Below are positions 1-6,810 of a stretch of 19,759 nt of DNA, piece by piece (position 1 is the stretch's first letter; every line of letters begins with the position of its first letter). The notes beneath the pieces are model-generated. The model was not told the DNA's origin. It worked only from the letters and a program-made list of their open reading frames with translations, and made no database searches. Location of the stretch: positions 1-19,759 of the forward strand of contig DAOUPS010000005.1 in the NCBI GenBank assembly GCA_030626045.1, in the 5' to 3' direction. The translations under genes were made by a program, and so were the position numbers. The stretch comes from a bacterium (GTDB lineage: Bacteria; Patescibacteriota; Minisyncoccia; Moranbacterales; DUUL01).

Positions 1-1578
1 CAGATGGCTTGGAATGGAGTGCAGAGAGGTAAGATTTAAATTATTTTTGGCAAATACGTCCAGTATGTCGCGTAAGACCCCAACCCTGTCATAAATTGCA
101 AATAACACTAAGGTTTTTTCAGCTCGTAGTTTCTTTTGAAGAGTTTCATCAATGTCAGGCAATATCAAATAAAATTTTGTAATATTGTCAGCGGCTGACT
201 CTATGTTCTTTGCAAGAATGTTCAGCCCATAAACTTCTGCCGCGACTCGTGAAGCTATGAAGCCCACTTTCTCGTCAATTGTGCTTAAGATTGGAGCCGT
301 GGTGCTGGAAGACATCTCAGTCTTGGCTTGCGGCAGGTTGTTCTCCAGCCAATTTTTGCATTGAATGAGAGCTTGGGGATGGCTCTTTACAATCTCAATT
401 TTTTCTTTATTATTAGTCCTCGCCAACAAGCACTGATGTACGCTGATACTAAAAGAACCGCTTGTTTTCAGAGGGTAATTGATCAAACAATTAATAGTCT
501 CGGAAACCAATCCGCCTATTGTGTTCTCTGCAGGCACTATTCCGACGTCAATCACTTTTGAATTGACTTTTTCAAAGATCTCTGTAATTGTTTTTGTCGG
601 AACAAACTCAGAACTTTGGGAAAAGACTTTTACGGCAGCCTGGTGTGAGAATGTGCCTTTCGGCCCCAAAAATCCGATCTTGAATTTTCCTCCCCAATCC
701 GCCATTTTTTTTGTTCCGGTGGCTATGGTTTTGATCGGCTGTTTGTCAACCATTTTTAAGACCTCGGTTGATTTCATCTGAGCAACTTTTCTGAATCCGT
801 CCAAATAAAGCGAGGTTTCTTCAAATTTTTTAACAAATTTTTTATAGTCTTTATTATTTATATCTTCCGCCAAGTTATTTATCTGTTTTTTAAAATCATT
901 TAAAACTTTTCTAAAATACGGATTTTCAATTTCTATAGCAGCATAAAGTTCGGGGTTTTGCCCCAGAATTCTTCCTATAATAAGACTTTGTAGGCGAAAA
1001 ACAGGCGTAAGAAAAGAAAACCTTGGGACTATCTTTTGTGAATAAAGCGTTCTGGCCAGATTAATATTGGCAAAGTGCGTAAGTGCTTGAACTATCGCCA
1101 TTTGCATGTCATGTTCTTCCGGGGAGATATTCACGATCTCAGCTCCATTTTGGACAAATATCTTTTTCAAAAAGTTAATCCAAGAGCTGTTTCTGGCTTT
1201 GCAAAAGACGATCTTTTGTCCTTCAAGATCTTGTACCAGAGGTCCGAAAAGGGGATGGATCCCCAACACTCCGGACTTCGCTTTTTTCATCGCTTTGATC
1301 GGCTTGGATTTTAAAGAGGTGAAATCGCAAAATAGGGCATCTTTCCTGACATGATCTCTTACCTCTTTGATTACCTCGATCGTTTTACTGATGGGAACTG
1401 AAACAATAACAATATCTGCTTTCTCTGCCAGTTCTGTGTTTGTGAGTTTTGTTTTTGAATCAGATATCAAGACCTCAAAACCCAATTTTTGAAAAAAGTT
1501 TTTAAACCATGTTCCCATTTTTCCACTGCCGCCGATGATTCCGATAGTTGGTTTGGGCAATCTTTGAACAGTTTTCAT
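1..1578 (-). CDS. Fusion of prephenate dehydrogenase (TyrA-like, N-terminal) with prephenate dehydratase plus ACT domain (PheA-like, C-terminal). Partial: the C-terminus runs off the window start.
   Basis: The supplied ORF track omits it because there is no in-window stop. I read all 526 plus-strand triplets starting at 1,4,7,... and none is tta, cta or tca, so the minus frame is open from ATG (1578..1576) to position 1. N-terminal half: MKTVQRLPKPTIGIIGGSGKMGTWF (GxGxxG Rossmann), GIHPLFGP, EEHDMQMAIVQALTHF and NPELYAAI align with the E. coli TyrA dehydrogenase domain as I recall it. From about aa 299: KIGFLGPKGTFSHQAA, PAENTIGG and NITKF are prephenate dehydratase motifs. KTLVLFAIYDRVGVLRDILDVFAKNNLNLTSLHS is ACT-like. 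The linker of roughly 20-25 aa holds no chorismate mutase-sized segment. Confidence 0.85.
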   Translation of the reverse strand, partial: MKTVQRLPKPTIGIIGGSGKMGTWFKNFFQKLGFEVLISDSKTKLTNTELAEKADIVIVSVPISKTIEVIKEVRDHVRKDALFCDFTSLKSKPIKAMKKAKSGVLGIHPLFGPLVQDLEGQKIVFCKARNSSWINFLKKIFVQNGAEIVNISPEEHDMQMAIVQALTHFANINLARTLYSQKIVPRFSFLTPVFRLQSLIIGRILGQNPELYAAIEIENPYFRKVLNDFKKQINNLAEDINNKDYKKFVKKFEETSLYLDGFRKVAQMKSTEVLKMVDKQPIKTIATGTKKMADWGGKFKIGFLGPKGTFSHQAAVKVFSQSSEFVPTKTITEIFEKVNSKVIDVGIVPAENTIGGLVSETINCLINYPLKTSGSFSISVHQCLLARTNNKEKIEIVKSHPQALIQCKNWLENNLPQAKTEMSSSTTAPILSTIDEKVGFIASRVAAEVYGLNILAKNIESAADNITKFYLILPDIDETLQKKLRAEKTLVLFAIYDRVGVLRDILDVFAKNNLNLTSLHSIPSHL

Positions 1579-1592
1579 ATTATGACGAGAAT

Positions 1593-2504
1593 TTATTCTG
1601 TAAGATTAATATGTGAGAGCCACCTTGAATATTTCTCCGATTCACCATGAATCGCTTTGGTATAAGCCTCTTTTATCTTTTTGGTTATAATGCCAGTTTT
1701 TTCATTGTTTATCACAGTATCATCTATTCTACCGATAACGCAAATTTCTGCCGCCGTTCCGGTAAAGAACGCTTCATCAGCTGATTTTAATTCTTCCACG
1801 GTAATGTTTTTTTCTTCAACTCCAATTTTTAAGTCTTTTGCGATTTGTATTATACTGTCTCTGGTTATGCCGCCTAAGATCGCTCCTAATTTTGGTGTAA
1901 ATAATTTACCATCTTTCACTATGAAGATATTTTCTCCCGGGCCTTCCGCCACATAGCCCTGATAATCTAAAAGTAAAGCTTCGTCAAAGCCGGCTTTTTT
2001 GATCTCTAAAGACGCTAAAATTGAGTTGGCATACGAACCGCATATTTTTGCATCTGTTACCGTTGATTTGGGATGGGGGCGAATATATTTTGATATTTTA
2101 ACTGAAACAACTTCCTTGCCAAGATAGGCGCTCCACGGCCAAACCGCGATTGCGATATTTATCGGCGCGTCTGTGGGATTCAACCCCATTTTTCCATAAC
2201 CGAAAAAGATCAATGGCCTGATATAACACTCTTCGACTTCGTTTATTCTTATTGTATCTAAAATCGCTTTTTTTATTTCTTCTTTTGAAAAATGAACTTT
2301 TATATCCATTACTGAAGCGGAATAAAAAAGCCGGTCAACATGTTCCTGTAGGCGGAAAACAGCAGGTCCGTTTTTCGTCTTGTAAGCGCGAATACCTTCA
2401 AAAACACCGCCGCCATAGTGCAAAGTATGAGTTAGAAGATGGACATTCGCTTTGTTCCAATCCACTAATTCTCCGTTAAGCCAGATCTTTTTTACTTCCT
2501 CCAT
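1593..2504 (-). CDS. ilvE: Branched-chain amino acid aminotransferase (class IV PLP aminotransferase)
   Basis: 303 aa. The N-terminus IWLNGELVDW...HTLHYGGGVFEGIRAY and the segment TDAKICGSYANSILASLEIKKAGFDEALLLD align with the E. coli IlvE region around the PLP lysine. Its stop lies 14 nt upstream of the tyrA/pheA start. Confidence 0.9.
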   Translation of the reverse strand: MEEVKKIWLNGELVDWNKANVHLLTHTLHYGGGVFEGIRAYKTKNGPAVFRLQEHVDRLFYSASVMDIKVHFSKEEIKKAILDTIRINEVEECYIRPLIFFGYGKMGLNPTDAPINIAIAVWPWSAYLGKEVVSVKISKYIRPHPKSTVTDAKICGSYANSILASLEIKKAGFDEALLLDYQGYVAEGPGENIFIVKDGKLFTPKLGAILGGITRDSIIQIAKDLKIGVEEKNITVEELKSADEAFFTGTAAEICVIGRIDDTVINNEKTGIITKKIKEAYTKAIHGESEKYSRWLSHINLTE

Positions 2505-2565
2505 ATTTTGATTAAATAATTAAATTAAACAACTAGCTTTCAGGAATCTTTTTTGCCGCGCCGGA

Positions 2566-2597
2566 GCAGGCTTTAGCGATTCAACCGCTAAAGCTGC
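2566..2597. terminator. GC-rich hairpin in the UMP kinase-ilvE spacer, possibly a terminator or RNA-stabilising element
   Basis: Arms gcaggctttagcg (2566-2578) and cgctaaagctgc (2586-2597) form 12 bp with one bulged G and a 7-nt loop. It begins 9 nt downstream of the minus-strand stop at 2606. In the minus orientation no U-tract follows. In the plus orientation only a weak one follows (aacttttgtt). Confidence 0.35.
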
Positions 2598-2605
2598 AAC
2601 TTTTG

Positions 2606-3307
2606 TTATTCAACTACTGTTCCCTGAAATTTTTTTCCCTTAAAGATCTTCTCTAAGTTCTTGATGTTCTTCCCGTCCGCGATGATGACTTTAAGTCCCA
2701 GTCCTTGCGCGTGTTTCGAGGCTATCGGGTCAAATGGCATATTTAGTCCGGGAGCCCATTTGTTCCCTACTATCTTGCGAAAATCTTTCCATGAAATTTC
2801 TTTGATCTTTTTTGCGTCTTTGTGCTTTTTGGGATCTTTATCGTAAACATATTTGATATTGGAAAGATTGATGATCATTCTTGCCCCAAAGCGTTCGGCC
2901 AAAATCGTGGCAACGTAGTCTGTTGACCAGCCGGGACGCCATCCCGCGGCCACTACAATTCCTTCTTCATGTGCGAAATGTTTTCGCAGATCGGCTTTTG
3001 TGCGCGGATTTTTATTGATGCGGGGATGCGCATACCGCCTGAAGATGGTTTTGATCAAATGAGCGTTGAGCCGCGTTGAATGAACGCCGATCCAGTCTAA
3101 GTCATCGCGCGTCAGCTTAGTCACTTTGCCTGCCGCCTTTTGGTATTTTCTGGTGGTACTTCCTCCTCCGGTAACGATCACAAAACGCTTGTTTTTGTGA
3201 ATTTGTCCGATGATCAATTCGCGAAATTTCTTCAAGAATCTCCAATCAATTTCTTCCGGAACAATTAGCGACCCGCCTAGAGAAATGAGGATTACTTCTT
3301 TTTTCAT
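2606..3307 (-). CDS. pyrH: UMP kinase, archaeal type (amino-acid-kinase fold)
   Basis: 233 aa. ISLGGSLIVPEEID, VIVTGGGSTTRKYQ, AAGWRPGWSTDYVA and YDKDPKKHKDAKKIKEIS match my recollection of the Pyrococcus-type UMP kinase (VVGGGKLARKY, DPKKDPTAKKIKKM). It does not carry the bacterial PyrH GGGNxxRG signature. Confidence 0.7.
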   Translation of the reverse strand: MKKEVILISLGGSLIVPEEIDWRFLKKFRELIIGQIHKNKRFVIVTGGGSTTRKYQKAAGKVTKLTRDDLDWIGVHSTRLNAHLIKTIFRRYAHPRINKNPRTKADLRKHFAHEEGIVVAAGWRPGWSTDYVATILAERFGARMIINLSNIKYVYDKDPKKHKDAKKIKEISWKDFRKIVGNKWAPGLNMPFDPIASKHAQGLGLKVIIADGKNIKNLEKIFKGKKFQGTVVE

Positions 3308-3380
3308 GTAATATTGTTTAAATTTATATTTAACGTTAAATTTTAGCCGGCTTATTGATCTTACCGTGCTTTAATTTCTC

Positions 3381-3824
3381 TCATTTTTTTCCCACACAGC
3401 ACCCGGCGGGAACGTAGCCTTTATTTTTAGCGTCTTCTTCGTCGGAAAAGCAAACTATGTTTCCCGGTTTTATGCGTTTGGCATAGCTGCAAGTTGGAAA
3501 ATGGTATTTGTTGGAATTCTTGCTTCCCACAAAAACACATTCTTTGTTTTGTTCATTCGCACTTCCCTGCTTTTGGGATTCGCCGTTAATTTCATTCTCT
3601 GAAATTCCTTTGCGCTGGAGAGTTTCCCCGAGCGTTTTTACTTTTTGCTCCGCCGGATTCGCCGCCACAAGCGGATTGATCGAGACATTTATATTGGCAG
3701 CGATATTTTCTCTTTCCTGTGTCTGTCCGGCACGAAAAGCAACAACGGCTACCAATATAATCGCTAGAACGGTAAGTATTTTAGTATCATGCGCTTTCCA
3801 AAAATCACATACTTTATTTGACAT
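3381..3824 (-). CDS. Small membrane-anchored protein with a C-terminal Ada-like Cys/His metal-binding motif
   Basis: 147 aa. It has one N-terminal hydrophobic helix (ILTVLAIILVAVVAF), a polar low-complexity linker, and the C-terminus KYHFPTCSYAKRIKPGNIVCFSDEEDAKNKGYVPAGCC. That tail aligns with the Ada N-terminal zinc site (FCRPSC...ENVSFY..SEA..AGFRPCKRC, from memory). The antisense ORF 3508..3864 looks like a compositional shadow. Confidence 0.6.
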   Translation of the reverse strand: MSNKVCDFWKAHDTKILTVLAIILVAVVAFRAGQTQERENIAANINVSINPLVAANPAEQKVKTLGETLQRKGISENEINGESQKQGSANEQNKECVFVGSKNSNKYHFPTCSYAKRIKPGNIVCFSDEEDAKNKGYVPAGCCVGKK

Positions 3825-3846
3825 ATGGCATAAATGCTATTATAAT
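3818..3846 (+). promoter_or_regulatory. Consensus sigma70-type promoter for rpmA
   Basis: TTGACA (3818-3823), an exactly 17-nt spacer (3824-3840), then TATAAT (3841-3846). The predicted TSS is near 3853, giving a leader of about 90 nt before the rpmA ATG at 3944. The -35 box overlaps the ATG (3824..3822) of the divergent gene. ATTATAAT (3839-3846) is its own reverse complement, so it also reads TATAAT on the minus strand. Confidence 0.6.
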
Positions 3847-3943
3847 CAATGGGATCGTTTCTAATTTTAGGTGCAGTATAACATAAATCGTAAGAAAAAG
3901 GCAGTGAGGCAGTGGATTTTGCTTTTCTGTTTTATAAAGAAAA

Positions 3944-4216
3944 ATGGCCCATAGAAAAGCAGGCGGTTCAACCAGCCTTGGACGCGATTCCAAGCCAAAA
4001 TATCTTGGCGTAAAACGCTTTGGCGGACAAAAAGTAAATAACGGGGAAATACTGATTCGTCAAAGAGGTACGAAATTTCGACCGGGGAAAAATACGAAAA
4101 GAACCGGTGATGACACTATTATCGCGCTTAAAAGCGGAGTTGTAAAATTCCTTACAAGAAAAGTTGCTCGATTTACAGGCAGAATGAAAAAAGCAAAATA
4201 TATCGAAGTGGAATAG
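3944..4216 (+). CDS. rpmA: 50S ribosomal protein bL27
   Basis: 90 aa. [31 protein letters not shown]...[13 protein letters not shown] is near-identical in pattern to E. coli L27 ([28 protein letters not shown]...RQRGTKFHAG). Confidence 0.97.
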   Translation: MAHRKAGGSTSLGRDSKPKYLGVKRFGGQKVNNGEILIRQRGTKFRPGKNTKRTGDDTIIALKSGVVKFLTRKVARFTGRMKKAKYIEVE

Positions 4217-4233
4217 TTTCCTTCTTTCTGTCT

Positions 4234-4265
4234 AAAAAACGGCTGTTTTTGTGCAGCTGTTTTTT
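4234..4265. terminator. Bidirectional intrinsic terminator between convergent rpmA and pyrG
   Basis: The core stem cggctg (4240-4245) pairs with cagctg (4254-4259), including one G-U pair, around the 8-nt loop tttttgtg. An A6 run lies 5' (4234-4239) and a T6 run 3' (4260-4265), so a U-tract follows the hairpin on either strand. The stem is short at 6 bp. Confidence 0.5.
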
Positions 4266-4358
4266 GTACTTCGAAAACAATTTCGTTTTACTTTGAAATT
4301 CTATTCGCGCACCGAAAAACCTAACGCGTAAATTCACAAGCCGATATTTTTTTGGAAT

Positions 4359-6008
4359 TTACACGTTCTTGGCCGCTTTGATGAATTGAAAGAACAAAGG
4401 ACCCGGTCTTAACGGAGTTGATGTAAATTCAGGATGGAATTGGCTTCCAAGCATAAAGGGATGCATACTCTGAGGAAGCTCGGCAATTTCCATGAGTTGT
4501 TTATTTGGAGAAGTCCCTGAAAATATGAGTCCGGCTTTTTCGAGTTGTTTAATGTATCGCGGATTGACCTCATAACGATGGCGGTGCCGTTCCTTGATAT
4601 TCATTTTTTTGTACGCTTCGAAGGCTTTTGTTCCTTTCTTAATTTTGCATGGATAGTTTCCCAAGCGCATTGTCGCGCCATAGTGGTGCTCCTGCATATT
4701 CTTCTTTTGTTCGATCATAAGATCGATCACTGGACATTTTGTTTGCGGTTTTATTTCCGTAGTATGAACATCTTTAAGACCTGCAACATTGCGGGCGAAT
4801 TCAATAACCATAAGCTGCATTCCGTAGCACAGGCCAAGATACGGTATTTTGTGCTCGCGCGCATATTGAATAGCGGCAATCTTCCCTTCAACTCCGCGTT
4901 CACCGAAACCTCCGGGAACAATAATTCCATTGAAACCTTCCAATTCACATAATTTCTGCGGATCTTTTTCATACGCTTCCGAATTGATCCATTGAATATC
5001 AGGAACACGATCTTGGGAATATGAAGCATGTTTGATCGCTTCGATCACTGAAATGTAGGAGTCGGAAAAAATACAATCACCTGTTCCGAAATATTTTCCC
5101 ACTATCCCGATCTTTATCGGGATTTTTGCATCGCTTACTTTATTAACAAATTTTTTCCACTTTTTAAGATTTGTTTGTTTTATTTGGAGCGAAAGCTTCT
5201 TTAGAATGATCGAGCTAAGATCGTCTTTTTCAAAATTAAGAGGCACTTCATAAATTGAGCTGACATCAGGAGCTGAGATCACTTCTTTCTCGCTCACATT
5301 GCAAAAAAGAGCGATCTTTTCCTTGCGTTTTTTATCAATATCCTGCTCGGATCTGGCAATTATAATATCCGGTTGTACTCCGGCAGAATTCAAAGATCGA
5401 ACAGCTTGCTGGGTCGGCTTGGTCTTCATCTCGCCGATCTTGTTAGGATACGGAACATAACTGATCATCACAAACAAAACATTGTTCGGATGACACATTT
5501 TCATTTGCCGAGCAGCTTCAGTGAACATGTCATTTTCATAGTCACCGGTTGTTCCACCAACTTCGATGATCACAACCTCGGCCTCGTTGACAGAGGCCGC
5601 ATTTTCAATGGTTTCAATGACCTCGCCCGTGACATGGGGAATGACTTGAACACATTTACCGCCATAGTCAAGATCACGTTCCTTTTGGATAACATGCCGA
5701 TAAACACTCCCCGTTGTCATATAATTTGTTGGCGGAAGAGTGGTATTCAAAAAGCGTTCATAATTTCCCATATCTTGGTCTGTTTCAAGTCCGCTGGCTA
5801 AAACAAAAACCTCTCCGTGTTCTGTCGGATTCATGGTTCCGGCATCAACATTGACGTAAGGATCAATTTTAATTGCCGTGACACTAAGTCCTCTGGCCTG
5901 GATTATCTTGGCAATTGATGAGGCCGCTACGCCTTTCCCGATTCCGGACATAACGCCTCCGAATATAAAAATATATTTGGCATTTTTTTCCCAGTTTTTT
6001 CCTTTCAT
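4359..6008 (-). CDS. pyrG: CTP synthase
   Basis: 549 aa. The N-terminal P-loop-like YIFIFGGVMSGIGKGV, IDPYVNVDAGTMNP, the glutamine amidotransferase nucleophile in YLGLCYGMQL, and FHPEF are all present. Confidence 0.97.
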   Translation of the reverse strand: MKGKNWEKNAKYIFIFGGVMSGIGKGVAASSIAKIIQARGLSVTAIKIDPYVNVDAGTMNPTEHGEVFVLASGLETDQDMGNYERFLNTTLPPTNYMTTGSVYRHVIQKERDLDYGGKCVQVIPHVTGEVIETIENAASVNEAEVVIIEVGGTTGDYENDMFTEAARQMKMCHPNNVLFVMISYVPYPNKIGEMKTKPTQQAVRSLNSAGVQPDIIIARSEQDIDKKRKEKIALFCNVSEKEVISAPDVSSIYEVPLNFEKDDLSSIILKKLSLQIKQTNLKKWKKFVNKVSDAKIPIKIGIVGKYFGTGDCIFSDSYISVIEAIKHASYSQDRVPDIQWINSEAYEKDPQKLCELEGFNGIIVPGGFGERGVEGKIAAIQYAREHKIPYLGLCYGMQLMVIEFARNVAGLKDVHTTEIKPQTKCPVIDLMIEQKKNMQEHHYGATMRLGNYPCKIKKGTKAFEAYKKMNIKERHRHRYEVNPRYIKQLEKAGLIFSGTSPNKQLMEIAELPQSMHPFMLGSQFHPEFTSTPLRPGPLFFQFIKAAKNV

Positions 6009-6282
6009 TTAATTTTGCTTGGCTGTCTTCGACCTAGCTTTACCAATAAAAGACCATGAGGCTTTATTACGCCCCTAAGCACTCGGAGTTTTTCTTAGTG
6101 GGAGTTAGCTTGAAAATAGCCGCTTATTACTTTTTGAATATATAAAAAGCCGCCACCCCTAAAATAGCTAACGACTTTAATGGGATTGTTTCCAAACTAG
6201 CTCCTTGTCTCATCGGCAAACAGACAATAAGACAGAAAATTAGCTCAAAAAATCCCTTGATATAATAGAAACATACTACGAT

Positions 6283-6723
6283 CTATTTCTTCTCAATGAT
6301 CACTTTCGCGTTCGCTTCAATTCCATGGTTGAAAAAAAACTTTATTGGAAACTCACCTAATTCTTTAATGGGTTTGTCGAGCTCTATTGATGATTCATTG
6401 ATCTTTATTCCGAGTTCATCCACTTTTTCAATTATTGCTTTTTTGCCAATGGACCCAAACAGTTTATCTTCGTCTGTTTTCACACTGAATATGAATTCTT
6501 CCCCATCGATTTTTTCAGCATCTTTCTGCACTTGCACAAGCTCTTTTTCTTTTTTCTGCACTTGCTCCTTGGTTATTTCTTCAGCACGCACAAGATTCGC
6601 GGCAGTGGCCGGCTCTGCGAGCCTGCTTGGAATGAGAAAATTTCGCGCGAAACCATCGGCACCAGTTTTTATCCCTCCCGCTTTTCCAACATTCTCAACA
6701 TCTTTTAATAATACAACCTTCAT
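6283..6723 (-). CDS. rplI: 50S ribosomal protein bL9
   Basis: 146 aa. [36 protein letters not shown] is the canonical L9 N-domain, followed by a charged helix and a C-domain. Confidence 0.93.
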   Translation of the reverse strand: MKVVLLKDVENVGKAGGIKTGADGFARNFLIPSRLAEPATAANLVRAEEITKEQVQKKEKELVQVQKDAEKIDGEEFIFSVKTDEDKLFGSIGKKAIIEKVDELGIKINESSIELDKPIKELGEFPIKFFFNHGIEANAKVIIEKK

Positions 6724-6810
6724 CTTTACCGGTTAAATTCTTAATTGGCTTTCTATAATTCCAGTGTAACAAAAACAGAGAACAATGCAACTTTATCACA
6801 CTTTTACTTG

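Noticed and set aside
328-1354. Four plus-strand ORFs from the track (328..561, 479..781, 1075..1314, 1106..1354).
   Set aside because: They lie antisense to a 526-codon open frame with clear TyrA and PheA motifs. Their translations are low-complexity and Phe/Ser/Ile-rich with no recognisable motifs, so they are shadow ORFs.
2505-2605. A T-box or other amino-acid riboswitch upstream of ilvE.
   Set aside because: The spacer is only 101 nt and holds a single simple hairpin. That is too short and lacks the conserved T-box elements.
2606-3307. Reading the amino-acid-kinase-fold protein as an isopentenyl phosphate kinase, given the isoprenoid genes in the window.
   Set aside because: The glycine-rich loop reads GGGSTTRKY, like archaeal UMP kinase, rather than the GGG(S/A)FGH I recall for isopentenyl phosphate kinases. 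The gene is also ~6.7 kb from the prenyltransferase genes. Only a phylogeny can exclude this fully.
3508-3864. A 118-aa plus-strand ORF antisense to the membrane-protein gene and running across the rpmA promoter.
   Set aside because: It has no recognisable features and would overlap the predicted rpmA promoter and TSS. The minus-strand frame has a coherent architecture of TM helix plus Cys/His motif.
4751-5029. Same-strand alternative-frame ORFs nested inside real genes: 4751..5029 in pyrG, 8470..8769 in trxB, 9599..9787 in uppS, 15091..15498 in ACS and 17775..17975 in gpmI.
   Set aside because: All sit wholly within well-supported genes in another frame and have no motifs. They are probably chance open frames in AT-rich DNA.
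6296-6736. A 146-aa plus-strand ORF that exactly mirrors rplI, with a good extended -10 element just upstream.
   Set aside because: Its translation is extremely Ser/Phe-rich, as expected for the antisense frame of a Lys/Glu-rich gene, and has no motifs. The L9 identity of the minus-strand frame is unambiguous. The promoter-like motif is kept as a separate low-interest finding.
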